A stretch of 63,200 bases of DNA, the filler included, from Octopus bimaculoides (taxonomy: Eukaryota): NCBI RefSeq assembly GCF_001194135.2. It is 3 parts of 3 records of this genome, joined end to end, with 100 filler letters (N's around TTAATTAATTAA, not from the genome) between each part and the next. Parts side by side here need not be neighbours in the genome. Positions count along the whole stretch, not along the records: positions 1 to 31,371 come from NC_068988.1; 2 more parts are not named here. The stretch is one strand, 5' to 3'. Under the pieces are notes generated by a model. It was not told where the DNA came from, ran no database searches, and saw only the letters and a program-made list of their open reading frames with translations. The translations under genes were made by a program, and so were the position numbers. Shown here piece by piece: positions 12,201-25,479 of this stretch. Position 1 is the first letter of the stretch, and every line of letters begins with the position of its first letter.

Positions 12201-12488
12201 GTTCTTGGATACGAAAGAGTAATGCCCATTTGTTGCTTTTTGAAGTGCAGAAGCGCAGCTTTCAATATGTAGCATGTGGGTCCTGAGCCCTAGAGAGATT
12301 GTGTCCCCTATCAGTGCTAGCAGACTTTCTAAATTTCTAAAGAACACCCTCATACATAAAATTCCGGTTCTCTTCTACCTTCTTCTGAAGGAATTGTGTG
12401 ACAGAAATATATTATTTCTTGAGTAGTTCTCAAAGCCATCCTTGCATCACAATTGATTAATTAATGTATCGGCCTAAGCTGCTTCCGC

Positions 12489-12565
12489 TGCTGCTGCTGC
12501 TGCTGCTGATGGTGGTGGTGGTGGTGGTGGTGGTGGTGGTGGTTGGGGTGGTGGTTGTGGTGGTG
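12489..12565. repeat. (GCT)n/(GGT)n compound triplet repeat
   Basis: Direct reading. Confidence 0.9.
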
Positions 12566-12576
12566 ATAACGATGAT

Positions 12577-12733
12577 GAACCCAGTGCTCAACTGGTAATT
12601 ATTTCATCGACCCCGAAGGGAAGAATGGAAAAGTCGACCTCGGTGGCATTTGAACTCAGAACGTATGGACGGACGGACGAAGTGCCGCTAAACATTTTTC
12701 CCGCTTTCCTAACGATTCTGCCAGCTCACTACC
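12577..12733 (-). mobile_element. SINE type B
   Basis: ATCGACCCCGAAGG...AAAGTCGACCTCGGTGGCATTTGAACTCAGAACG...GATTCTGCCAGCTC is the reverse complement of the 43444 copy. Confidence 0.8.
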
Positions 12734-13204
12734 TTAATGCCCGCCTTAATCTAAAATTCATTCGCTAGTGAACCGCAGATACGTCATTCGGTGCAAATTT
12801 GTTTCCTCTAACCAAAATATTTGTTTACAATGTGTGTAATAAATATAATTATTAATTGCTTCTTAATTATAGGTAACTAACATAATCTCTATACAGTAGC
12901 TAAGACACATTAACTTCTTTCCTATGCTTGTTGCAATCACAGTATACGGGGAATGCAGACGGCAAATTATCCACTGTATATATTTCTCCTCGTAAGACAA
13001 TAGCGGAGAATGATTTAAGGTTGTTTCTTGCCTGTTATTTCTAGTGGGTTAAGCGATAACGTATACGGTACCCTTGATCGGTTGAAGAAAATATAATTAT
13101 GAATACATGAAAGAAAACTTCTCAGTTGAGATTTCTCATAGTAATAGCAATAATGACATTATTGATTTATGAGATTTGGAAGAAGGCCAGAAATTTCATG
13201 AGAA

Positions 13205-13314
13205 ATTATATAAATATGTGTGTGTGTAATATATATGATATATATATTATCTATTTGTATATATATACATATATATATATTAGATAATATATGTATATAT
13301 ATGTATATATATTC

Positions 13315-13363
<49 letters not shown>

Positions 13364-13485
13364 TATGCGTATATTATATATATATAACTATACAAATATA
13401 TATACATAGATATACGTATATTATATACATGTATATATATACATATATATATAATATAATAGATATATATTTATATATATACATG

Positions 13486-13518
<33 letters not shown>

Positions 13519-13695
13519 GCGTATATATACATATACATAATACATATATATGCATACGTATATATACTTATATATACATGTATATGTATATATACATATA
13601 TATGTGTATGTATATATGTATACATATGAATCATTACTTTGCCCTAATACACACATGTATGTAAATGTATGTATGTATATGTATGTATATATGCA

Positions 13696-13778
<83 letters not shown>

Positions 13779-13800
13779 GTATATATACACACATATATTT
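13205..13800. repeat. Long (TA)/(TG)/(CA) low-complexity tract
   Basis: Direct reading; source of several spurious YIYI ORFs. Confidence 0.95.
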
Positions 13801-14464
13801 CCTAATAACTATGCGGTCTTTCACCAATTGTAGAAATCGATATTAATGATAATTTCGATCGAAATGGATTATCGTTAAAATGTATTGTTAAACATTAGAA
13901 TTCGATCAGATTAGTGGTCTGCATCGGCAAAAATCAGTTCAATACAGTTTGAAAATACGGGTAATATTTTTTGAAAGTTAGTCAAAGGCTTGGGGGCAGT
14001 AACCGTGACCTATATAGGTCCTCCCAGACAGGCAAGATCGATTGAATTAGTGTTTAGTTTGAATATCTATAGCTGTGAGCTGTGAGTTGTGAGTAAATTT
14101 CAGTGTGATATACTTCTGGAGAGGAAGAATCGGAGAAAAGACAGTTTAAATGAGACATTTTTTTTTAATATGTCGGAGAAGAAGGAGCAAAGCACATGGC
14201 TTGTGATGACCCTCAGACTGGTTAATGAGGCTTATATTTAGTTGGAAAATTTGTTTGGGTCAACGTATTTAGAAAATGTGGGTATGGAGTGACTTGCTTT
14301 TCTCTGAGGTAGGAACATGTTTTGTGGATTTTTCTATGAGGACATAGTGGTTTAGACGGAAATATAGCAGATAAATACAGGCCAAGGCCACTGTCGGTGA
14401 AGGTTGACAAAGTTCACGATTTTTTGTTGAAGTTTTGCTGCTGATCATGCATGAAAAATCACTC

Positions 14465-14990
14465 CGGCCCGCACAGATCAGGTCAGCTATTTGGAGATGC
14501 ACCGTTACAGCTCACCGCTGCATCAACGATTTGTCGGTATTTGCTCAGGTCATCCCGGGCAACCTGCCCAGGCGTGTCCCAGTCAATAGCCATCTCTGTG
14601 AAATGTTTCCTCATCCGCCAGGGCCATGTGATATGTGGCCGACCAGAACGAGCTGACACTTTAGCTGGATACTGAGAGAAGAGAACACGATACGTAGGAT
14701 CCAAATCGGAATGTCAAGCAACATGACCAAAGAGTCTGAACTGATGCTCCCGAATCTTACAAGCAACAAGACGTATCAGTTTCTGCAAATTGTCCTTGAT
14801 TGGATACGAAATCTAGTCAATAGTAATCTATAATCCTGAGAAACGTCCTGGCATCAAGTGAGTTCTGGCGGCACTTGAAGTCCCCGGATAGTGTCTAAGT
14901 CTCTCAACTATAGAGAAAGACAGAGAGGACCCACTCCACCGACATTTAGTCAAAGCGAAAACCACCAACTTGGCAGCTTGTATTTGTCTC
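14465..14990 (-). mobile_element. RTE-clade LINE 3' fragment (RT C-terminus), frameshifted
   Basis: LDARTFLRIIDYY*LDFVSNQGQFAETDTSLVACKIREHQFRLFGHVA*HSDLDPTYRVLFSQYPAKVSARSGRPHITW...QVARDDLSKYRQIVDAA matches the RTE DFVSN / LR.FGHV.R / R.RGRP..TW motifs. It ends in a GACCTGATCTG-type tail. Confidence 0.8.
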
Positions 14991-15769
14991 GTTATAGATG
15001 TTGGTTTCAAATCTCAAGATCCAGAACTGATCTGCAAAGTTTCTTCACCAGACACTAACTATTCCGTCAATCTCTTACTCAAACTGGTATACTTTTTTAT
15101 CGGTTATAAGTGTGTTTGTTCGGTTGATATAAAAAAAAAATGTTTATCTCAGGTCTTGTGGTTAATACTGCCAATTAGCAGAATCATCAGAGCATTTGAA
15201 AAAATGATTCATGGTATTTGTTCCGGTTCTCCAAGGTCTGAGTTCAAACCTCGCCTTAAACACAGCGTGTAAACAAAACAGCTACCACATTTGCAGCGAA
15301 AAATATAGGGAAAGCAAAATGTAGTAAAGAGGAAATTTGATTTTATGAATAAATCACATTTTGGGTGTATTTTAATTTGAAATACAAATAACAAGCACAT
15401 ATAGTAGATGTATTTTAGTTAGAAATATTAAGTTTTAAGGGGTTTTTTTTTTAATAGTAAAACGTGAGCGATCACAAGTAGCTGACGTTTGCATTTACTT
15501 TGATGACATATATGTGGAGACAAGTTTCTTTTTACGCTGATTTGGAGATATAGGAGTTTCTATTATATCGCATTTCATTTTCTTTCTATCATGGATTCCT
15601 AATGTGCTCATTTTCACGTGTGCACACCGTATATCAGAGAACAGTTGCACGGTGTGCTGTGTGGAGCAGAGAATTCCACTGTCTCGAGGAAACTTTTCCT
15701 GTGGATGTCTGTTCCTAATTGTCACCAACACTGCATTCCCATTTCCATATTTATATGTAAAAGTGTGTG

Positions 15770-15818
<49 letters not shown>

Positions 15819-16985
15819 ATGTGTGTGTGTGTACATGTGTGTGTGTGTATTTGCGCACAGCAATTCATGTAAGCGTTTTTACATGTTAATCAATGTAAGA
15901 TATGTATATACGTCACCTATACATAATCTTATTCATAAGAGCTACAGTAGGATCAGCTGCATCGATCTAACGGGTGTAAGAGAACCAGTAAACATCAACA
16001 GACTATCCGCTTCTCTTCACTCTTCAAACAAAAATACAACTTAATAGAGTAATTCGAAATTTGCAGACGTATATACAAATATACACTTGCACATTGGTGT
16101 GTACACACACACTCACACACACGCACGCACGCACGTGCGCACATATATACCTTCATATTATCAAACACCTGATAAGAAAGAAGTGAACTAACTTGAGAGA
16201 AGAATGTAATCTATTGATCATAGTTGTGAGTTTTCAACTATATTCTGTAAATCTTACTGTAATCCTTGCAATTTAGGCAGATCTTTTATTGGATGAGAGG
16301 GAATCGGCATTACGTACTGTAGACTTACAGTAAACTTGTACATTATTACATATACATCTGTCATAATTGTAACTTGATCTTTAGGATGTGGGCACAGAAT
16401 CTTCTCCAACAAAGTCCTCAAAGTCTCCAACAATAAAATGCTAGCTTTCCCCACTCGTCCCCTCTTTCTCTTTCTCCACTTCTTCAATATTCCCATTATC
16501 CTCAACGCGAAAATATATTCAGTTTTATAAACATGGCTGAATTTATTTTGACCCATGTAGACAGTCACTAATCCCATCAGATTTAAAAGATATTCTCAAC
16601 AATAGTATCACGGGTATTATAGCATCAGTACTTTCCAGCCCTTTAGATTTATTTGTGTTGTATTTCTGGGAATAACCATGTTACTTCCCTCCACTTCAGA
16701 CATTTTAAACGCTGTTAAGACCCGATATGAAATAGTAAAGTTGTTTCCTGGAGAAATATAAAGAGCTGTTTTGAACTTTATTCATCTGATTTATATTGAC
16801 TCAGATCACTAGAGGATTTCTTGGTTTCCGGTGTGAATACTGTCGCGTCACCGAAGACTGGCCTCAAATTTTTAGTTATGTTGAATTACTATTGGGGATG
16901 TTTATTAATGTTTGATAATTTGCTTTCCATTTTCCCTTTTCTTAGCCTTCAAGGAGTGAAAAAAAATCGAATTACAACATACTCC

Positions 16986-17150
16986 TTTCTACTAAAGGCA
17001 CAAGAGCTGAAATTTTGAGGTTTATCGACCCCGAAAGGATGAAGGGGAAAAGTCGGCCTTCGCGGAATATGAACTCAGAACGTAAAGTCGGACGAAACGC
17101 CGCTAAGCATTTTGCGCGGCGTGTTAACGATTTTGTCAGCTCGCCGCCTT
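16986..17150 (-). mobile_element. SINE type B with internal deletion
   Basis: TTTCTACTAAAGGCACAAG tail joined directly to TTTATCGACCCCGAAAGGATGA...GAACTCAGAACG...CAGCTCGCCGCCTT. Confidence 0.8.
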
Positions 17151-20034
17151 ACAGTTATATAAAATGATAGTGCATGCAGATACTGCAACATATGTTTCCA
17201 ATTACCCAGACACATGTCTCTCCCACTAACGGAACCCTGTCGCATCTCCCTTAGCACCATCTCTTTGTTGCTGGTCTTTGTTCGGAGGATCTGCATTTCT
17301 CGGCACGGTTGGTCTGAGTATTGGCCAGGATGCTTTCTTTTTAGTACTTTGGCGATATTTGACTTACACCGCATATAATCGGAATAAACAGTGCAAGGAA
17401 TTTGGTCCAACATCCTTACCGTTTCGCTTTTCGACCGACCTAAATTCATTCGTCCTTTATCAACTCTGAAAAAAAAATTTTAAAACAAAGCTGACCTTAG
17501 CGTGATTTGATCTCTGGACACAAATAGTCGCCAGAAATAACGCAGTGCATTCAACTCAACACACTAATTACTCCGTCAACTCGTTATGCTAACAAAAACT
17601 TGGTATTAACTTTAAAATATTAAGATTTATAATTTGGCGCTGATAACAGCGTGATAACGTTTCTCAACTAACCAATTATATTATCTTGTGGATCTGACCA
17701 CACAATGAATAAACCAGATCAACCTCAACATTAAATGTAAGAGCAACCTGCTTGAGAATAAAAATGAGTGGGCATGGCTGAAAAATAAAATGTTAATACC
17801 CTGAACTTTGACAGATCACTGACACTACGGATAGCCATATAAAACTATATAGAAAGGGCTTGACCTACTGGGCTGTTCTTAAGAATTCGATCGCCTACCG
17901 CTATGACATTGGAACTTCTCACGCAGAACTCGCTCGTGATTACACACCACCACCACCACCACCACCACCACCAATAACAACAATAACAACAAAAACAGCA
18001 ACATGAACAACAACAAAAGCAATAATACGCGCATCACACACATTTTAGGGAGAAAATGGTCGGAACAACAATAAACGGCTAACCCAATCAACTTGACACA
18101 CGCAGACATGTAAAAGTTCCGTTGATGTTTAGTTAGCCGGTCCTCACCATCTCCAACCATAGCCACACTACAGTACACATCTCATACTGCCATCATCCCC
18201 CAACCAAAATATTCTGCTTCATCTGAGATACTAATCATTGACAACATCAATAGTAATAACAATAGTAACAACAACAACAACAACAATGGTAACAGCAACA
18301 ACAACAGAGGCCATAGTTATTATTTTAGCCAACCCAAGCACCGTTACCCGTATTATTTCTCTTCATTGCACCACTACTCGTTTCGCTCATTGTAACAACC
18401 AATCTCATAAAGGCCCTCACTTCAATTAAACCGTCATATTTCCATTCTGAAAGACTGAGTGACAGACAAACATTTCAGGGTGACAATCTTTGTAGAATTC
18501 AAAACAAAATAGACAATTTTTTTTTCCTTTAGAAAAATTTGATTCTAAATTACATTCTTCTTTCTTCAAATTCTCCTGACTTCTTGTCTTTCATTTTCTT
18601 TTCCAATTAAAGCAACATTTTTGCTCCAAAACAGGACGAAAAAAAAATAGAATAAATGAAATATAAAATGATATTGCGGGAAGGAACATGAAAAGGCAGT
18701 GATGATGACAATGGTGATAATAATTAATAATAATAGTAATAAGGATGTCTTTGAGGTAACAACAATAACAACAGCATCAATATTAATAACAACAATAATA
18801 AAACAACAATAAAAACAATAATATTAACAATAAAAATAATAATAGTAATAAGAATAAAATAATTTCTTTATAGTAACAAAAGCATCAACAGAAGCAACAA
18901 CAGTGATAATAATAATGATAACTATAATAAAAATGGTAATAAAAACTTAATAATAATGATGGTAATGATAATAAAAATATTAATAATAATGAAACGGTTT
19001 CAGCTTACAAAAAACTATAACAGAATTGCACAAAACCTTCTTGCAATAATAAAAACAAAAATGAAGAAATAAATGAATGAATAAAAATACAAATTAAAGA
19101 AAAACTGTTTCAATTTTTCTTAGAAAAATCACACACAATAAGACATGAATAATTCAATGATTAGGTTATAAAAATTAAACCACAAACACTTTAGACCGAA
19201 GTATTATATTTGCTGCGGTATTGCTGTCAGAGGACGAGGTGAATATGAATACGGAAATTTCCGTGAAAACAACAAAGAGCTCCTTCTTCCGTTTTATGGT
19301 TGGTTTATTTCATTTCTGTCTCTATTTGTTTCGTCATTATTATTGTTGTTATGTTTATTTCTTTGTTGCTTTTTTTTTTTTCTCTTTTACCACATTTTTT
19401 TTCTCTAAAGTTACGATGAAAGAAATTGAAGATGGCTGAAACAATCTTTCCCCCCTCTTTCTCTCTTCTTTTATTTTGTCGTTGTTTCCTTTTATTTTTA
19501 TCATTCTTTCTTCAAATTTCACTTCTTCCTTCTCCTCTTCATTCCCTTTTCGTTCCTCCTCCTCCACTTCCCCGTCACCATCATCATGAACAATCACAAC
19601 AGCAACGCCATCATCAATGTCGTCATCTTATTCTTGTATAACTTTTCCTTCTGCACCTCACCCAGCTCTTACTTCTACCACTATTTCTTCAGATCCCCTT
19701 CTTCTTCCTCCTCTTCTTTCTTTTCTTCTTACTATATTCTTCTTCTGTTCAATCTAATTAACCAGGCGTGTGTTTTAATATCTGATGTCCTCTATTGTGA
19801 AACCCTTCACTCGTTGCTATTATCATTATATTAATATTATTAACATCACCAACACCATCATCACTACTTCATCTATATTATCCTCACTTTTCCCACAGGG
19901 ACAAAAGGTTGACTCTGCTTTTCATCCCTTTAGTACATCCCCCTTGAGATCATGAAATAATTACCAGTAATATATTGCAAATCGATGCAAACTTTCTCTC
20001 ACTCCCCTTTCGACCGCAACAAAAATGATTATTG

Positions 20035-20150
20035 AAGGGGTGGCAGAAACGGTAGAGGGCTAGACAGCATATTTTACTGCATTTAATAGCGCCCTTTTTC
20101 GTTACGAGTTCAAATCCCGCTGGGATAGGCTTTGCTTTTCATTCATCCGG
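20035..20150 (+). mobile_element. Diverged SINE type B head
   Basis: GGTGGCAGAAACGGTAG...GAGTTCAAATCCCGC...GGCTTTGCTTTTCAT. Confidence 0.55.
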
Positions 20151-20471
20151 TTTAGATTGAGCAACATCATTCATAATTATGTCGTTTCAAATGACTACAC
20201 ATCCACCGCATATATCTGTGGCGTTGAGCTAATGTAATAATTTATTTGAATGAAAGAATCGTTAAATCCCAAACAAAATTGCCACCTACTGTATATCTAC
20301 ATCCAGCAAGTTTTGAGACACTAAGATTTTTCTTTTCATTCTGCCGACATTGATAAAATACCTACTCATCTAGTATCATGAGCAATATAAACGGCTGTTA
20401 TCTTGCCACCAAATGTTGTCCGATTCTTAAAAAGTACATTAAAAGTTTAGCTGCAAAGTAATAATTTTAAA

Positions 20472-20680
20472 ATTTAGACACAGGGCTAACAAATTAGAGG
20501 GGAGGGTGTTCAACAAAATCGATCACAGTACTTGATTGGTACTTTATTTTTTCAACCCTAGAGAGATGAAAGATAAAGTCGACCTTGGCAGGATTTTAAC
20601 CTAGAACGCAAAAAGCCGGAACAAATACCCAAAGGCATTCTGTCTAAAACTCTAGCGATTCTTCAAACTAACCGCCCTTA
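20472..20680 (-). mobile_element. Diverged SINE type B
   Basis: GATGAAAGATAAAGTCGACCTTGGCAGGATTTTAACCTAGAACG...GCGATTCTTCAAACTAACCGCCCTTA. Confidence 0.65.
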
Positions 20681-20749
20681 GATGCACAATAATGAAAGAA
20701 ACAGCGAATGGAATTTCAAATATTTATGTTAATTATGGAAACTAATGTT

Positions 20750-21245
20750 ATGTAAATGTTAAAATGACACGATAATCCGTTCCATCTTCTACAATGTCAC
20801 GCAAACTTTATAATGTCACGATAATCCATTAGGCGTTTGTCATTAACATGTTATATTATTATAGTCTGTTCTATGTTCTCTAATGTCATGGAAAAAGCTA
20901 TAACATCCTGATAGTTCAATCAACATTCTACAGTATCATGTGACTATAATAATGTCATGGTAGCCCATCTCTAATGTTATGTAAATGCAAAGATCAAGAT
21001 GTTCCGTTCTATGTTATATAACTACTATAGTATAACATAGAAAGATAGTCCATTCAATCATCTACAATATAACATAAATCTTATAATGCCATGGGAGTCA
21101 GCACTACGACCTACAAAGTCATATAAATATAAGGTGATATATATATATATTCATGACAGAAATTTCTACCGTCTCTCCAATACAATACAGATGTTATATC
21201 ACGGTAGTCCATTCTACGCTTTACAATATCATATAAATATCATGT
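20750..21245. repeat. Degenerate minisatellite, about 45-55 bp unit
   Basis: Recurring AATGTCA(C/T)G-ATA(G/A)TCC(A/G)TTC...CTACAAT(G/A)TCA(T/C)...AAAT units; roughly 8-9 copies judged by eye. Confidence 0.55.
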
Positions 21246-21699
21246 TATATGCTCTGAATGGTTAAGGAATTCGCTTTATATTCACGAGGTCTTTAGTTCG
21301 GTACTACTGTGTACAGCACGTGAAATAGTCTTTTACTATAGCATCAAGAAAACCGTAGTCTTGTGTGTGAAACTGGGTGGTTAGGAGATGTGCAGGAGTC
21401 CGTCAGGTAATTTGTACTTGCAGTTTGAAAATACAAACTTATCATACATTGTCATGCTGATTCTACACAGAATTAGGACATTCAATATACGAGTCTAATA
21501 TTCAAACTTGTTCCACTAAAAGGCCAAATCCGTGTGAACATTCATTAAACATAATACAACAAAATGTGTATGTGTGTATATATGTACACGCACACACATG
21601 TATGTATGTATGTATGTATGTACTGGCTGACTGTAACTTTATAGTCAGAGTAATAAACTGTAACGTTAATTTGACATCTTGTAAAAAATATCCAAAATT

Positions 21700-22700
21700 A
21701 ATTAAAGTTTCTTTCAGCAATGTGTACACCGTCTTTTAATTCTTCGGCATTCATACAATTAGGCACATATTTTATTAAATTATCAATAACTTACTACATT
21801 GTGAAAATCTGCTCTTTTCTCCAAAATTACTTCAGCTCTCCAACTGATGTAGTTTTCGATGGTCACGTTCACAACCAGGTGATTAGATGTTCCCATACTT
21901 AACCAGTAGTAGGTTAATTTGGGAAACTTGAGTGATCTCGAAGATTCGATACTGCGAGTTCTTTCTCAAGATTATAACTTTTTATGCATGGCATGGGGAA
22001 CCAAAGAGAAAAATTGTGCTTCTTATCATTTCAAAGAGTGTAATAAATGAGTATTCGACACTTTTTATGCCATCGACAGGGTTTGTGGCCAATTAAAGGA
22101 TTTTCGGCAAAAATAAGTTCTGATTAGGTTGTTCTCCAAACTTCTCCCTATCACCATAATCCCTATCCTTCCGTGTTTAACTTTTTCTTGCTAACAGCCA
22201 GGCCTCCATTTTTCAGTTGTGTTGTACCAGGCATATATCTGCCACGAATAAATAAAACTGTTTGGATTTGTTTTTGTCACAGCAAATTATTATCGAACAA
22301 AACTCGTCTTCTTTGTTGTAGAACTCATTATCATAGCTGGATATGTCGGTCTTATTGCCTTCCTTCTTGGAACTCTTCTTTCATGTCTAATATCTTTCAA
22401 TGATATCCTTATACACATAGAGATACACATAGAGATTCACGTAGAACATGTAACATTTTTAACAGTTCCACATTCACGTTTAATAACTTCCTTATTTCTT
22501 TAACTGTTGAGCTTCTAAATAACTTTTCCGTGGCCAACCATGTCTATTCTCCACTCAACTATGACTATCCTCAAGCCACAACTTCACTGTGATATTCATT
22601 CTTTGCACCATTGATGGAAGCTGACGACTCGCCAGCATATAAACTCTTCGAAATATATTCCAACTTTAAAATAGTATTTTATCAAATTAGGTTGCAAATA
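21700..22700 (-). mobile_element. Possible highly decayed Tc1-like transposase remnant
   Basis: Scattered fragments on the minus strand (GSPCHA*K resembling DGAPCH; C-terminal DNLIKYVP...KDG). No clear TIRs. Confidence 0.25.
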
Positions 22701-22863
22701 ATCCCAAAACAGTAAAATTTTTATAAATGTATTCTTTCATTTCTATATGTATTCTTCCATTGCAAATGATCTCAAAATACAGTTAAATTTTTATATATAT
22801 ATTCTTCCATTCTTCCCAAGTGCACCTGCTTGTTGTCCCCTCGTCTTGTTTTCTGTAAATTTG

Positions 22864-22902
<39 letters not shown>

Positions 22903-23015
22903 AACATATATATATATATATATAGACTTTATTGATAAAGCTGCAAAGACATCACAAAAACTGTTACTGAGAATTTCACGTTCCCGTTCGTCAGACATGC
23001 ATACATAGACACATA

Positions 23016-23059
<44 letters not shown>

Positions 23060-23759
23060 CACATGCATACATAGACACACACACATACACACATGCATAC
23101 ATGGACACGCACATATGTAAAGATAAACTTATTTGGAAATGGATGCGTGTCGTTCAATTAATAGTAATATNNNNNNNNNNNNNNNNNNNNNNNNNNNNNN
23201 NNNNNNNNNNNNNNNNNNNNNNNNNNNNNNNNNNNNNNNNNNNNNNNNNNNNNNNNNNNNNNNNNNNNNNNNNNNNNNNNNNNNNNNNNNNNNNNNNNNN
23301 NNNNNNNNNNNNNNNNNNNNNNNNNNNNNNNNNNNNNNNNNNNNNNNNNNNNNNNNNNNNNNNNNNNNNNNNNNNNNNNNNNNNNNNNNNNNNNNNNNNN
23401 NNNNNNNNNNNNNNNNNNNNNNNNNNNNNNNNNNNNNNNNNNNNNNNNNNNNNNNNNNNNNNNNNNNNNNNNNNNNNNNNNNNNNNNNNNNNNNNNNNNN
23501 NNNNNNNNNNNNNNNNNNNNNNNNNNNNNNNNNNNNNAAAATCATTATTAAACAGGAACCAGGTTTCGGATTTAACAAATTCTTACCATTTGTCTATTAC
23601 CATTTGTCTATTCCATATCGATTAATTATCAGGGGGCCAGCACATTTAAAGAATCAAAGAGATTCGGAAATATTATCTGCAATCTCAGGGGATTAAGGTA
23701 CATTTTAAAAATAACGTCGACCACTAACGTGGACAATTAAAGCGCTATATATGCATATA

Positions 23760-24050
23760 TAGGTAGAGGACGTCACTAGCAGTAAACAACATGCGATACG
23801 AAAACAAATGAGTTAAGTACGCAGACAACGAGAGAAAAATGGGAAACAGGACAAGTAAAACAAAGAATATAAAGAATGACCCTTCATCAGTTGTCGGCTG
23901 TCTATCTATTCCATGTTTTGAGCAATCAACGACAATATGAGTCTTCGAAGACAGTTGCTCCCATAACTACCAAAATAAAATTTGTGATTTATGGAGAGTC
24001 AAATTTGGGAACAAAAACAGGACAGTGGAGACATATGTACACGTAAACGA
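23760..24050 (-). mobile_element. Penelope-like pseudo-LTR / non-autonomous repeat with hammerhead-type core words
   Basis: Minus strand has CTGTCTTCGAAGAC...GCTCAAAAC...CAGCCGACAACTGATGAAGGG, with a perfect CTGATGA at 23890-23884. Confidence 0.4.
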
Positions 24051-24139
24051 ATGGTGATTTAGAATCTGGGCAGGTACCTTAATCAGTGGCGAATCTACAA
24101 TATTGAAGCCCTAAAGCTTAAAATGTTATAGAGGTTGGG

Positions 24140-24370
24140 AATTTACAACCAGCAACAGTAGGGTGACATCCAACAAATGTCACAGAATTTTCGTGCCCTT
24201 GCAAGAAACTCCAGCTTGAGGCCCTGATAGACCAAACGGTGGAGTTGTGACGTCGAGTCCTTAAAACTGAGTCTGAAAGTGATCCCTCTTTCCACCAGAA
24301 ACAAAGTGTGGGTAATCACCGGTATCTTCGTCGATGTGGTTGGTCCACGGCAGATCACTACAAATACTTT
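24140..24370 (-). mobile_element. Possible CR1/L2-like RT C-terminal fragment
   Basis: SDLPWTNHI in one frame and RLSFKD...RLVYQGLKLEF...WMSPY in another resemble the CR1/L2 DL.W..HI and LY..L.RP.LEY...W.PY motifs. Confidence 0.35.
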
Positions 24371-24539
24371 CCAGGCTAAGCCTTATACTTTTTATAGGTA
24401 TGGGGGTTGAAATTTAGGGAAGTGTTATATACATGCACAATGCATTATTAAGATACATATGAAAATTACAAAATACTCTTTTTTCTCTTTCTTGTGGCAA
24501 TAGTTTTTTTCATATGACAGCTTCCTACCAATGTCATTT

Positions 24540-25377
24540 TCTAGAGACAATATGCATAAGGAATTTCAGCGCAATTCAGTCATGGTAGAGTGAAATTCAT
24601 TCTTTATAAACGAAAGCTTTGAAGAACTCCTTTCTGCCTCACAGCTCATGATAGGCATTGTCAAGTACAGCTTATGTGCAGTGGTAATATTAGGGGACAC
24701 TTCAATTAATTGTTGCTCATAAATAAACTGAAGAACGTCTGTGCATTGCATTTTAGATGGTGTGTTTTCTTCTGTGTTCCGGGATTTTCTCTTTGAACTG
24801 ATAACGCTCATCTATTAATTTGTGGTCAATATCGTCTTTGTAATGCGATATTATAAGTTTGATACTGTTTTCATCAAATTCTGAATTGTTCATCAATTCT
24901 GAGAGAAACCTGAAAATTTTCGCAATCTGTTCATTTGGGTCCATCCTCTTGCTTAACTGGATTATCAAGCAGTCATGGACTTGATTTAGAACTTCTATCC
25001 TTAATTTTTCAGCCCCTTTCAAGGATGCTCTATCACTTGTTCCATCAGCAAATTTCTTTGTAACAATGCATTTGGAAACATCAGAATAATTTGAGGTGAT
25101 ATATTCAGATAAACCTTTTGCTACTGATGCATTGTGTGCAATCCTGTCGGCTGAATTTTCTCGTAGTTCTTTAATAAATGAAAGCAAAGATGCTCACAGA
25201 AGGTAACCTACAAATACATTAGAACCAGGGGTTTGGAGTTTCTTACCATAACTTCTTCCCAAACGACTATTAAAATAGCACATTCCAATTTTACCAATTT
25301 GTGGTATAACTTCTTTGCATCTCGCTTACATTCAGGCTTCTCTTCTAAGTCTTCGAACATGTTTGAGAGTTTGTAAA
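24540..25377 (-). mobile_element. hAT transposase remnant (C-terminal third with dimerisation domain), frameshifted
   Basis: Fragments DLEEKPECKRDAKKLYHKLVKLECAILIVVWEEV / LLSFIKELREN...EKLRIEVLNQVHDCLIIQLSKRM...IAKIFRFL / LIEVSPNITTAHKLYLTMPIMSCEAERSSSKLSFIKNEFHSTMTE; the last matches the hAT P.TSC.AERSFS.L..IK...RSTM motif. CAGTGGCGAATCTAC at about 24084 may be its end. Confidence 0.85.
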
Positions 25378-25479
25378 ATAGCGGACAGCGTGCTAGACTT
25401 ATCTACTCGTTTTTTTTTCCTTGTTTCAATCATTGGACTTCATAAAAAGCACCCTATGAAAATATTTGAAGGAAAATGT

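Noticed and set aside
16620-16752. Minus-strand exon after TTTATATTTCTCCAG (GNNFTISYRVLTAFKMSEVEG...)
   Set aside because: Good acceptor but no convincing donor before the stop and no recognisable motif.
19221-19834. Hydrophobic or acidic ORFs resembling membrane or low-complexity proteins
   Set aside because: They derive from T/C-rich and triplet low-complexity DNA.
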